NCBI GenBank assembly: GCA_048772705.1
Contig: JBLWGC010000201.1
Span: 39,025 to 103,024 of the forward strand
DNA: 64,000 bases
DNA from: Leidyana gryllorum EB-2025a
Lineage: Eukaryota; Protista; Apicomplexa
Direction of reading: 5' to 3'
Numbering within the stretch: position 1 is the stretch's first letter; the number at the start of each line of letters is the position of its first letter. The notes beneath the pieces were generated by a model. It was given only the letters and a program-made list of their open reading frames with translations. It was not told where the DNA came from and made no database searches. The position numbers and the translations under genes are program-made. Shown here one piece after another: positions 1-11,959 of the stretch.

Positions 1-1533
1 AGATCTTTCATCAAGTGGTTCCAAAGGCCTGCCGTGAATCGAGGGTCGCGGTCGCTGATAATTTTGCGCGGTACCCCATGGATCTTGACAATGTTCTCTA
101 GGAACAGTTTCGCGGCTTCTTCCGAGGTGATAGTTTTTTGACAGGGGATCATCCGGATCCGTCTCGTCATTCGGTCTATGACGACCATTAAATAATCCAA
201 TCCTGTATTCCCATCTCTGGGTAGTTCCAAGAAGTCGATTCCTATCGATTCCCATGGGCTCGTTGGGTTGCAAATTGGATGGAGCAAGCCGTACGGTCTA
301 TGGCTTCGCTTTTTTGCCTTCTGGCACGTTGTACATCGGCGGCAGTATTCCGTGACGTCTGCCGTCAGACCTCTCCAGTTGAATATACTGCGGATTCTTG
401 CTGTGGTTCGAGCGGGTCCCAGGTGGCCCGCCAGTTTTGAGTCGTGATTCTCCTTGATAATCTTTTCTATGAGGCATTGTTCCGCCGGAACTTCAATTGA
501 TCCGTCTGGTGTCACTGGTATTCCTTCTTGCCATTCGACTTCTCCACAAGTCCCTGCGTTCTCTTCGTTTCCTCTCCACGCAGTTCTCAACTCCTCTTCA
601 ATTGTGGGTCTGTCAATTTGGTCCTGTTCCAATTCCGTTTGTGTTGTCATAAACACACTTCCTTGCTTCCTCTCCTCGTCTTTTGTTTTCTGTGCCCGTG
701 GCCGACTGAGTAAATCTGCAATGATGTTTTGAGTCCCTTCCAAATACTGTATCTCCAGCTGGAGTTCTCCCAGCGTCTGAAGCCATCGGCTTTGCCTGTC
801 GGATATCTGGGATTGCTTCAATAAGTGGGTCAACGGTTTGTGGTCGGTCCTCACAAGGATCTCCCGACCAATCAGCAAGTGTCGCCACTGTCTGCAAGCA
901 TAAACAATCGCCAGTAGCTCCCGTTCATGGGTTGGATATCTGCTTTCCGCTGGTGTGAGTACGCGAGACATGAATTCGATCGGTTTAATCCCTTCTGCCA
1001 AGGAGTACTCGTCCAATACAGCTCCTATGGCCTCCAAACTGGCGTCGGTGGTCAGCACCAAACTTGTGCAGCCTTTCGATGGATATCCCAGCACTGGGCA
1101 CTTACACAATCCGTCCTTGAGCTCATCCATCGCTTGTTTCACCTCATCCGAGGCGGCTATCTTGTCATTTGGTCTTTTCAGTCCTTTCATTGCATCATAT
1201 AGCGGTTTCGCTTTGCTCGCAAAGTTCTGGATGAATCTCCGATAAAAATTGAACATGCCTAAGACACTTTGCGTCTCCTTCAATGTGGACGGTGTTGCCA
1301 ACTGCTTCAGTGCCATCATTTTCTCTTCTACTGGATGAATCCCATTGCGGTCCAGTCTGTGCCCTAAGTATATCACCTTGTCCTTGAAGAAGTGGGATTT
1401 CCGCCTGTGGATAACGAGTTGATTGTTCATTAGTCGTGTTAGGACTTCCCTCAAATGTCGACGATGCTCTTCCCATGTCCTTGAGTAGATCAGAACATCA
1501 TCTAGGTAGACAAAGACGTACTCGCCTATGATG
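1..1533 (-). pseudogene. pol: Gy-A pol 3' part (RT YLDD, RNase H, integrase core); runs off the window and is interrupted by Gy-B
   Basis: Minus-strand reading gives YVFVYLDD, RYPTHERELLAIV, HLGPART and CTTCQKAK, matching the other pol proteins in the window. Confidence 0.9.
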
Positions 1534-1746
1534 TGTAACCTATCACGCTCACTAGACCCCGTCCGACCATAGTCGGTCCGGAACAAGAACATGTCTGTGT
1601 CTCCCTGGACCGGCCGGACCGGCATAGGAGACACAGACACGACAGATAGATCGACCTGCACGCAGTGTTACTTTTACGTGAACGAACAATGGACTTACGC
1701 AATGGGAAACAGACCTCTGATCCGCAGTCGGGTGATCCCGGCTACA
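1534..1746 (+). repeat. Gy-B 5' LTR
   Basis: TGTAACC...GCTACA, repeated at 6271-6483. Confidence 0.96.
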
Positions 1747-2813
1747 CTGGTAGCAGTGCGTCGTTCGATCAACAACCCAAGTTTCAACCGACTCAGCGAA
1801 CCGAACCGAACACGGAAGCAGAAGCGATGACAACAGCTACGATAGACACGAGCTTGATCGCTCGCATCGTATCAGAAACGATTAAGACCCTACAGGCAAC
1901 GACGGCTTCACACGAAACGATACCGAACGACGCGCACCGCGCGAGAAACGAACACGCAGACCACAAGACGAGCAAGAACTCGATGAACCGGCCCAGCGCT
2001 GAAGCACAACAAGCCATGAAGAAGCAGAGCTTATTCATCGGTGACGGGCACCAAGACGCCCGGGACTGGATTGACAATTGCGAAGGACGATTCATAGCAC
2101 ACGGGGTGTACAACGACGAGGACAGAGCACGCACCGTATGCGCCACCCTATCGGGAAGTGCCACCCGTTGGTTCATCGAGAAGCGGGAGGACTTGCTCAA
2201 CATGCAGTGGGACCAGTTCAAGACGACCTTCCTCACAGAGTTCGGCACGCGGAACAAGACCGAGAACGATCTAATACAATGGATATCACTCCGGAAGAAT
2301 AACAGCATGCGGGAACACGTCACCAAATGCAGAGCATTGAGACGGGGAACGCAAGGCGAAGTATCCGACTTATCGGCATCCAACCTATTCTTCCGCGGAT
2401 TACCACCCAGAGACCGTATAGCGCTGGCAGGAAACGCAGGCATGAGCTTCGAAGCCTTGTCCGAGAGAGCACTCATCTACGCCACCGCAGTAGGCGAATC
2501 CGGGGAGAACAATCCAACAGCGACGGTGATGGCGGGACACGCAGCCCGCACTCAGGGCGAATACAACCGAGGCACGGCGCAACGCGTTGGACCCAACTGC
2601 AGATATACCTACGCACAATGCATGGCGGAAGGCCGATGCCGAGAGTGCGGCGAACGCGAGCACATGAAAGCTGACTGCAACAAAGCCAAAGAGAGGTGGC
2701 AAAGGAACCGGAACGGCCGAACGTTCAACATCGAAAACCAGGATTTTACGACCGACCTGGACGACACGGAGGTCAGCGTCCAGGAGGAGCTACTGGACCC
2801 CACCCACCTCTGA
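1689..2813 (+). CDS. gag: Gy-B Gag (capsid plus CCHC zinc knuckle)
   Basis: ATG at 1689 inside the LTR; L.GSA..W capsid motif; CRECGEREHMKADC. Confidence 0.9.
   Translation: MDLRNGKQTSDPQSGDPGYTGSSASFDQQPKFQPTQRTEPNTEAEAMTTATIDTSLIARIVSETIKTLQATTASHETIPNDAHRARNEHADHKTSKNSMNRPSAEAQQAMKKQSLFIGDGHQDARDWIDNCEGRFIAHGVYNDEDRARTVCATLSGSATRWFIEKREDLLNMQWDQFKTTFLTEFGTRNKTENDLIQWISLRKNNSMREHVTKCRALRRGTQGEVSDLSASNLFFRGLPPRDRIALAGNAGMSFEALSERALIYATAVGESGENNPTATVMAGHAARTQGEYNRGTAQRVGPNCRYTYAQCMAEGRCRECGEREHMKADCNKAKERWQRNRNGRTFNIENQDFTTDLDDTEVSVQEELLDPTHL
1748..1758 (+). promoter_or_regulatory. PBS TGGTAGCAGTG (tRNA-iMet type); the same core occurs at 7964, 17152, 23635(-), 25758(-), 27274 and 37769
   Basis: Lies 1 nt after the LTR end. 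Complementary to a tRNA 3' end ...CUGCUACCA, typical of eukaryotic initiator Met tRNA. Confidence 0.85.
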
Positions 2814-5800
2814 GGGCACAATGGACAGCTCGCAATCCGAACAGGCAAGGAGGCGCCAAAGCAATATGGGTCTTGGTCGATACTGGAAGTGACACTAATT
2901 GTATATCTGAAAGGCTAACCAGTCACCTGAACCTCCAACGATATCCGATCTCAACAGAACTTACAGGAATAGGAGCCGTGAAGACGGTAGCACACGAAGA
3001 GACACAGGTGGAAATCCGAACCCCGGCAGGGCAACAAATTAGCATCAACTGCTTGATCCTAGAGACATTGACATACGACATAATTGTGTCCACATCGACC
3101 ATCATCCAACTTCGACTCACCCTCGGGGACAACGGGTCCGGGAAACTATGCCTGGTGGAGAACTATGTGATACCAGTTATGAACACAACACAGGAGGAGT
3201 GGGTGAAAACGAATTGCGGGGAGTGCCACAATACAGAGGCGATGGTACCCGAACCGATCGTACAAAGAATAGATATGCCACAAACCGAGCAGTGGATAAA
3301 GGAGGACTTCCAGACAGTATTCACGGACACAGGAGCACTACCACCCCGACGCCAACACATCGACCACGACATTATACTGAAACACCCAGACACCACACCC
3401 TTTGCACGATCCGCTTACAAGATCCCGCAGAAACATGTCGCACAAATGAGGGCTCAAATCCTTGAACTGCTGCGATTGAAACGCATTAGGCCCAGCAGTT
3501 CCAGCTGGTCCTCACCATGCCTCTTTGTCCCTAAAAAGGACACGGCCGTTCCCCGACTCGTTTGTGACTTCCGCCGCCTGAACACCGAATCAGTTCGAAT
3601 CGCCTCTCCCTTACCTTCGATCGATGAAGCCATCCAAGCCTTGAACGGAGCAACTTGTTTCTCCACCTTAGACCTGAAGAGCGGCTACTACCAAATCAGG
3701 ATGAAGGAATCAGCAACTCACCTCACTGCCTTTGCCACCCCATGGGGCAAATTCGAGTGGTGCGTGATGCCCAACGGGCTTATGAACGCGCCACCTACCT
3801 TCATGAGCCTTATGCAACGCATATTCCGCGACTTGATAGGAATCTCGGTCTTTGTTTATTTGGATGACGTTCTAGTCTATTCCAAGACCGGGAACAACAT
3901 AAAGCACACTTATACGACGTGCTGACACGGATACGAGAAAATCAGTTGATAGTACATCCTCGCAAATCACATTTTTTTAAGGACGAAGTTACCTTTCTGG
4001 GGCACAGAATCTCTCAGGAAGGCATCACTCCCATGCAGACACGAATGGCCGACTTGGACGCAATCGGCAGTCCGACTACACTCAGAGAGGCACAGAGAGT
4101 GCTCGGAATGTTTAATTATTATAGAAGATTCATCAATAATTTTGCCCACAAAGCGGAACCGATTTACAAAGCAATGAAAGGAATCCAAGGCCCCAACAGC
4201 CCCCTCCCCACGTCAGAAGGGATCACAGGTAGTATCAACGAGCTGAAGAGTATCAACGAGCTGAAGAAGGCACTCAGGGAATCCCCAACTCTACGTTTTC
4301 TGGCGGCTGAGAGTAACAGCCTCCGACTTTCGACGGATGCCAGCCTTACTGCTATAGGAGCAGTGCTTGAAGAAGAAACCCCAGATGGACCCAAACCCAT
4401 TGAGTTCTCATCTAGGACACTGCTTCCGGCAGAAACAAGATATCCAGTACATGAGCGGGAATTGCTCGCGATCGTTCACGCTTGCAAACAGTGGAGACAC
4501 TGGCTCATAGGGCGACGAGTGAAAGTGCTCACGGACCATAAGCCACTCGTCCACCTAATGAAACAGTCCCACCTGTCCGATAGACAGTATAGGTGGCTCA
4601 CAACGTTGAGCGAAATGGATTTGGATATTCAGTACATACCAGGCGCCCGGAACATAGTAGCTGACTTGCTATCCAGACCGATACAGAGGAAGGCGACCAA
4701 CGACCGGGCCTACGGACAAGTACACAACGTGGAACGGGCGGGGACAACACAAGACAATGACAGAGAAAGGGAAGATGCCATAGCTACGGAGCAGGTAGAG
4801 GCAGGGTCCCCACACGGAGACTTGAACAATGAACTGGTGATGAAATGGAAAGAGCATAAAGGTCAAGAGGGCAAGTGTGGGCCAATCGAGTGGATTGAAG
4901 GAGTACCTGTGACTAACGACGGCACCATAGAGGTACCACCAGACACGGATTTGATCGAACGAATAATTCGAGATAACCACCAGTCACTGTGGGCGGGACA
5001 CATGGGACCAGAAAGGACGGCCGGTCGCATCCGAGCAATCTTCAATTGGAGAGGTTTACTCGCAGATGTGTCAACCTATTGTCGGCTATGCCAGACCTGC
5101 CAAATAGCGAAGAAAAGGAATCACCAACCTTACGGCCTCTTACATCCAGTACGAAATCCTGCCATACCATGGGCCGAGGTTGGAGTGGACTTTTTGGAAT
5201 TACCCCGCGATGGGGAAACTGGACTAGACTATCTCATGGTAGTAGTCGATAGACTCACCCGCCGCATAAGACTACTACCATGCTCCAAGACAATTTCATC
5301 CGCAGAAGCGGCTCGATTGTTCATGGATAACATCATCAAGATCCACGGAGTACCACGAAAAGTCATAAGCGACAGAGATGTCCGCTTCGTCAACGGAATG
5401 TGGAATACTATGATGAAGGAACTCGGCTGCAACTTGGCAATGAGCACCAGTCAACACCCTCAAACCAACGGATTGACAGAAAGAGTGAATCGAAGCGTGA
5501 TACAGATACTACGCTGCTCCATCCAAGGACTCAACACAGAATGGTCGAAACACATCACGACCGTCGAAATTGCGTACAACACCTCAATCCAGAGTTCCAC
5601 GAAGGCGACTCCGTTCGAATTAGACACTGGGAGGAGTCAGTTTGCGCCAGACCCCTGGGAACACATCAGAAACGGATCTGTACCCTTCCGCACCTGGCTG
5701 CAGAAGTTGCAAGAAGCACGAGACCGTTTACAAGACGCCTCCGAACAACAGAGAAGACAGGCCGACAAACATAGACGCCACCTCAGACTAGAACAGGGAG

Positions 5801-6309
5801 ACAAAGTACTGCTTCGAACTAAAGGACTGCTGCACGTACCACAACACAAACTATCACAACCGTTCTGCGGCCCATTCACAGTACTTGAAGTCTCAGGAAA
5901 TGACACCTACACCCTCGACTTACCCGCATCGTGGCGAATCCTGGCCAAATTCCATGTCTCTAGATTGGAACCGTTCAGATCTCCACCACCAGTTGAGCCG
6001 ACAGCAGAGACCAGAACCCCCAGGAACCATACAGACTCAGGACAGCCAGACCAGCTTTACATCATGGAAAGAATTGAAGGCGAACGAATGAATAAACGTG
6101 GAGAATTAGAATACCGCGTGAAATGGCTCGGATACACGAACAATCACAACACGTGGGAACCAGCACAGGTGGTCCTTGAAGGCAACGGCCAGGACCTCAT
6201 ACAGGAATTCCGACAACAGTGGAATCTCAGAAACCCCAGAAACCCGTACACCAATTTGGAGATGGAGGAGTGTAACCTATCACGCTCACTAGACCCCGTC
6301 CGACCATAG
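2741..6309 (+). pseudogene. pol: Gy-B Pol (PR-RT-RH-INT-GPY/F-chromodomain), -1 frame, with a 1-bp frameshift near 3890
   Basis: LVDTGSD, YLDD, TDASLTAIGAVL, HHCC, QTNGLTER, PFCGPF, YRVKWLGY..TWEP. The ORF is split into 2696-3925 and 3919-6309. Confidence 0.9.
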
Positions 6310-6483
6310 TCGGTCCGGAACAAGAACATGTCTGTGTCTCCCTGGACCGGCCGGACCGGCATAGGAGACACAGACACGACAGATAGATCGACCTGCACGC
6401 AGTGTTACTTTTACGTGAACGAACAATGGACTTACGCAATGGGAAACAGACCTCTGATCCGCAGTCGGGTGATCCCGGCTACA
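6271..6483 (+). repeat. Gy-B 3' LTR
   Basis: Matches 1534-1746; preceded by PPT GGAGATGGAGGAG. Confidence 0.96.
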
Positions 6484-7585
6484 CGATGTCCCTGAATATG
6501 GTGTACATTAATAACATGAATGTAGATGGGGCATTCATAAGGCCATTCGGCATCACCACCCATTCAAATAGTCCCCACGGGGTCGCGAATGCCGTCAGTG
6601 GGGCTGATTTTGGGTCCATTCGTACCTGATGGTACCCACTTTTGAGGTCCAGAGTCGAGAATATAGTAGCTCCTTCCAGTTGGGAGAGCGCTTCGTCGAT
6701 GGGTGGCATCGGGGACACTATCCGGACCGTTTCTTGATTTAATCGGCGGTAATCGCATACCAATCGAGGAATTTTGGTGTCTTTTTTTGGTACAAATAAG
6801 CAGGGTGATGACCATTGGGATGTGCTGGGTTGTATCTTCCCTTCCTTCAACAAGGTGAGTATTTGTTCCTTCAGCTCTCCGGCATAGTGCTGTGGTATTT
6901 TGTAAGGCTGCCTGGCAAATGGCGTCACGTGTTGTCCTTTGAGTTGTATGCTGTGGTCAATTCCTTTGCGGTACGGTGGTAAGGTTCCCTGGTCTTCGAA
7001 TGCCATGTAGAAACATCGCTCAATCCAGTCTTCCTCGTCCGGTCGGTCCAAAGATGTGGTAATAATGGCATCCTTTTCGCCTCGTATGTTGTACACCGCT
7101 CCGCTAATGTGTGGTCTGAGCCATTCTGTAGGTTTCATGTTGGTATCAATGGGCAGCACTAATTCCTCTAGGACACACCAACGTTGATTCCGGTCGGTCC
7201 CTATCCAAAGCCCCAATCGTTGTATCACCGTTGTGGAGATTATTAAGTCGTAAGGTAAATTGTCCAGTATCACGCACGAGATCTTAAGTTCCTGTCCTTT
7301 GGTGGTTTTGATGACCGCTTGTGTTGTTCCCCGGGTCTTCGTGGGTTCCGCTGATACTCCTCTGATCCGCATTGTGTCCTCTCCCACCGTTCCTCCTATT
7401 CTATTCACCACGTCCCGTGAGATGCAGTTGGTGTCGCTCCCTGTGTCAATTAGAACGCAGCAGGGTAAGATTGTCTCCTTCCCTGGTGCTCGGATCGTCC
7501 ACGTTGTTTGGAGGGGTGGTTCGGGTCCTATAGCTGGGCATCCGGAGTGAGTTCCCCTGACTCTTCCTGCCCAATCTGAAAATCC
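6484..7585 (-). pseudogene. pol: Gy-A pol 5' part (protease, RT N-half)
   Basis: LIDTGSD, SPCLFVPKKD, LDLKSGYHQ, MPNGLMNAP. Confidence 0.92.
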
Positions 7586-7724
7586 GACCCCTCCAAGGCG
7601 TGTACCCTCCCTTCTCTGCGGTCTGTGCGTTTTTGGCATTGAGCCATCAAATGTCCTCGCTCCCCGCATGATCTGCATCTTCCTTCGGCCATACACTGGG
7701 CGTATGTGTACTTGCATTGCGGCC
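7528..7724 (-). pseudogene. gag: Gy-A gag 3' part (zinc knuckle)
   Basis: Minus frame reads QCKYTYAQCMAEGRCRSCGERGHLMAQC...SDFQ...TAG. Confidence 0.88.
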
Positions 7725-7962
7725 TGTAGACAAGGACACTTTTAGTTTAGTTAGTCACTGACCAGCCGCAGCTGGATCAGCATCATTAGAGGGTGTCTCC
7801 GAGGCCGGTAGACCGGGCACACACGGAGACGCGCGATCTACAAACACAGATTAGTCATTTCAAAGCTTACTAACGAACGTACCATGCCATTGGAGCTACG
7901 CAGCAGCCGGCGGCTTAGCCGTCAACCCGACGCCATGGCGACCTGTGGGAACCGGGGTTACA
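7725..7962 (+). repeat. Gy-C 5' LTR
   Basis: TGTAGAC...GTTACA. Confidence 0.96.
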
Positions 7963-9023
7963 CTGGTAGCAGTGCTCAACAACATTCTAGCAACAAGCCA
8001 AGGACCAAAGCTATGACGACCACCAAACGAACCAACGAAAGCGCTTACTCGATCAAAGAAGGACTCGCCACACCACCTACAGAAGCGGAACACCGCCTGG
8101 AACGACGTATTTCAGAGCTTGAGAAGGAACTGAGCAACAGAACACAAGCAAACGGCTACCCGGATTCACAAACCCAGACACACCCAGCCACTCAGATAAG
8201 AAGCGCCGAAATAGCGCTCAAAAAACACGATACATTCAATGGCGAAGGATTACCAAGAGCCCGCGATTGGCTGGACGGATGCAGCGTCCGATTCCTTGCG
8301 CATGGTATAACCGAGGATCGAGCCAAGGTTCAAGCAGCCTGCACACTGCTGTCCGGATCAGCAGCCCGATGGTTGCTAGCCAGACCGCAAATGGTGAACG
8401 AGTCGTGGGAGGGACTCGGCAATCAGATTTTGGCGGAATTTGACACCCTCAACGCCATCCAAGACGACTTGACGCGCCTGACGAAGATCAGCAAGACAGG
8501 ATCGATGAGCCAATACGTAGATCAATTCCGCAGTATCAGCAGGGGACTCACAGACGGAGTGGAGCGCAGAACGCGAGCCAACCTCTTCATGGAAGGCTTA
8601 CCGCCAGCCGATAGACAAGCTTTAGCCCCTTTCATATCGGAGGATATAGACACAATTTGCATTCGCGGACTTCAATACGAAGCTATTGTCAACAGCACAA
8701 AACGCACACGGGAGGAACACTGCTTCACACTCAGGCCGACACAACAGCGCAAAGTAGGACGGCGCTGCCCATACTCACACCAACAGTGCGTCGCCGAGCG
8801 ACGCTGTTTTAATTGCGGCGCAACCGACCACCCAGCATGGAAATGCCCACATCCGAGAGACGACAGACCGAGTGCACAGAAGGAACCGACACGTGGTGAC
8901 AGACCACAAAGCCGCAGAGTCTTCTCACTCACCACGGACCAGGATTTTCACTGTCCCCCCGGACGCACGGTGCACGATCTCGAGGGGGAAGAAGGGGAAG
9001 CAACCAACAGCACCCAACACTGA
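7884..9023 (+). CDS. gag: Gy-C Gag
   Basis: LSGSAARW; CFNCGATDHPAWKC knuckle. Confidence 0.92.
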   Translation: MPLELRSSRRLSRQPDAMATCGNRGYTGSSAQQHSSNKPRTKAMTTTKRTNESAYSIKEGLATPPTEAEHRLERRISELEKELSNRTQANGYPDSQTQTHPATQIRSAEIALKKHDTFNGEGLPRARDWLDGCSVRFLAHGITEDRAKVQAACTLLSGSAARWLLARPQMVNESWEGLGNQILAEFDTLNAIQDDLTRLTKISKTGSMSQYVDQFRSISRGLTDGVERRTRANLFMEGLPPADRQALAPFISEDIDTICIRGLQYEAIVNSTKRTREEHCFTLRPTQQRKVGRRCPYSHQQCVAERRCFNCGATDHPAWKCPHPRDDRPSAQKEPTRGDRPQSRRVFSLTTDQDFHCPPGRTVHDLEGEEGEATNSTQH

Positions 9024-11724
9024 CCACACGGTGGTCAATAGAGAACCTCAACACAGGACACAGTCAAGAAGCCTGTGTGCTGGTAGACACGGGCGCGTCT
9101 ATCACTTGCGTGAACCTTTCGACAAGTCGCAAACTACATCTACCATTCGCGGGATATTACGAAGAAATACGCTCGGCCCATGGCCAAACGACGGCACGCA
9201 TGGTGGCGATGGGATTGAGGACGGCCAAAGGGCAATACCGAAGTATAACAGCAGCGGAACTCCCGGATATACCTTACGATTTAATAATACCAACCAGCCT
9301 CATAGCGAGCCTACGACTATGCATAAAGACAGACGGGACAGAGCGACTATGCATCATTGAGGATACCGTTGTCCCGGTAGCTGAAGCCTTCACGGAATGG
9401 TGGCCAGAACCACACCGAGTATTTAACACGGAAGCCACCCAGATACTAGATAGGAGAGCCTTGAATTGTGAGCTTGACATACCCGATAAATACAAGTACT
9501 TACTGATGGACAAATACCCCGAACTCATAACGGACAGCGCACCAATGCCCCCTAGCAGGCCGCAGATCGACCATGAAATACACCTAATGGACCCGGCGAC
9601 AACACCTTACGTAGGCAGACCATACAAGGTGCCGCAGGTATACATCCCGGAGATGCGGACACAGTTATTAGCATTGGCCAAAGAAGGGAAGATCACGCTA
9701 AGCACATCGAGTTGGGCGTCGCCATGCATGTTCGTACCGAAGAAGGATACGACGACGCCCAGACTCGTATGCGACTACCGTCGCCTTAATATGGCAACCA
9801 TCAAGGCAGCATCCGTGATGCCAACAATCGAAGAAGCCGTGCAAATATTGGCCGGAGCCGAGTGGCTTTCCAGTCTCGACTTACGCTCCGGATATCACCA
9901 AGTACAAGTCCATCCGGCATCACGCCACCTCACAGCTTTCGCGACGCCGTGGGGCCTATACCAGTGGAATGTGATGCCGAATGGATTGACCAACGCACCG
10001 GCGACGTTCATGCAATTGATGAACCTCGTCTTACACGACTTGATCGGGCATTGCGTATTCGTCTACTTAGACGATGTTCTGGTATTCTCCAAAACTGAAC
10101 AACAACACGAACAAGATCTGGATGCGGTTTTCAAGAGACTTCACGAGCACAGCCTGATCATACACCGAAGAAAGTCGCACTTCTTCAAGAAATCGCTAGA
10201 ATACGTGGGACATGTGATCGGCGAAGGGGGTATAAGACCCATCAGGACCAAGATAGAGAGCATAGTCAGCATAGAATACCCCCAGAAACTCAGAGACCTG
10301 CAACGCGTATTAGGAATGTTTAACTACTACCGCAGATACATACCTGATTTTGCCAAAACGGCACGACCACTCTACATGCTCGGAAAAGGCTTGACGAAGC
10401 CTGGCGAACCAGTGGAACACTGTGAGGAGGCGACGGCAGCCCTTCAAAAACTCAAAGACGAATTGCGTCGAGCCCCCATGTTGATGTTCCCCAGACCGGG
10501 AAAAGATCCCTTGACGCTCCACACAGACGCAAGCCTTTATGCGATAGGGGCAGTGCTACAACAAGAAAGCAGCGAAGGATTGGAGCCAATCGATTACCTG
10601 TCACTCACGCTAAGCCCCACTCAAACGAGATATCCCGTTCATGAGAGAGAGCTACTGGCAATAGTGAAAGCCTGTCGCCATTGGCGCCATCTGCTGGTCG
10701 GAAGGACGGTGAAGGTGATGACGGACCATAAGCCGCTTATACACTTACTGAGACAACCCCACCTGTCCGACCGACAGGCGCGATGGATAACGGCACTGGC
10801 AGAACTGGATCTGCAAATAGGATACATTCCGGGCACAAAAAATATTTTGGCAGACCTTTTGAGCCGCCCGCGTACCAACATAGAACCACGGCCCTCAAAC
10901 GAATGCAACAATATAGAACCGGAACGATTGAATGCCAATGACGACGGGCATGAAACGACGAGTCGAGATAACGACGCCAACGAACGCGGGCCGAACGAAA
11001 ACGAAACGACGTGGAACAACAACGAATCGACGACGACAACAAACGCATCGGAAGGAAGGAGCCTAGAAGACGAACTGCGGGCTGCATGGAGAGAGCACAA
11101 GGACAAAGCGGGTAGGTGCGGAACAGTACAGTGGATTCAGGAACTACCGGTCACGGAAGATGGGTGCATTGAGGTACCACCCGTGGAACAACTTATCAAA
11201 CACATTATTAAGGACAACCACGATAGCAGACTAGCCGGCCACTTGGCGGCCGACAAGACAGCCGGACGGATCCGAGCGCTGTTCAACTGGAGAGGATTGA
11301 ACACAGATGTCATAAATTACTGTCGATGCTGCGAGATCTGCCAAAAATCAAAGAAGAGGAGCCATAGACCTTACGGCCTACTTCATCCGCTGGGGAATCC
11401 CACGCTTCCGTGGACAGAAGTCGGCATAGACTTTTTGGAAATGCCGAAAGACGAATCGTCAGGAAAAGACTATGTGATGGTCGTCGTCGACCGACTAACC
11501 AGACGAGTTCGCCTTGTGGCATGCAACAAGACCATTTCAGCGGTTGAGACAGCACACCTCTTCCTAACGAATATTGTGCAGGTACACGGTTTACCAAGCA
11601 AGATTGTCTCGGATAGAGACAGGAGGTTCATGGCAACAGTATGGCAGGAGATGGCCCAATCATTAGGTGTTACACTGGCCCCGTCCACTAGTCGACATCC
11701 AGAAACGAACGGATTAGTGGAAAG
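8942..11724 (+). pseudogene. pol: Gy-C Pol 5' part (PR-RT-RH-INT), interrupted in the integrase
   Basis: Frame open from GGATTTT; LVDTGAS, YLDD; TNGLVE|RANR rejoins at 23877. Confidence 0.92.
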
Positions 11725-11959
11725 TGTAAGTGCATTGGGTCCCCGGAGGAGGTAAGCCGGTTGCCTTCTTGGCTTTCTGGGTAAGTGCCTTGGGAATAAC
11801 CCCAGATCTAGTCGTTCTTCTCGTAGTAACAGTCATGATCTATTTCGGTAAGCGCGCGTGTTTGTCACCCCCGTGTCTCCCCGTGTTTCCGGAGACACCG
11901 GTAGTTGTGCCGGTCTGCATGAACCATAAAAAAGGGTACACGTGTTGTTAAGGTAAGGT

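Larger units (their letters stand above)
1534..6483 (+). mobile_element. Gy-B: full-length Ty3/Gypsy chromovirus-like element (4950 bp)
   Basis: Apparently identical 213-bp LTRs TG...CA, PBS 1748-1758, PPT 6258-6270, imperfect TSD tgatg/cgatg. Confidence 0.96.

Noticed and set aside
1593-1638. LTR hairpin as an HDV/hammerhead ribozyme or an auxin-response TGTCTC element
   Set aside because: No catalytic core or pseudoknot could be traced; the host is unknown and spacing varies, so a specific factor cannot be assigned.
1529-11724. Insertions deliberately hitting catalytic motifs (near YLDD, the zinc knuckle, the integrase Glu)
   Set aside because: The host elements are entirely coding and motif-dense, so three such hits are not distinguishable from chance.
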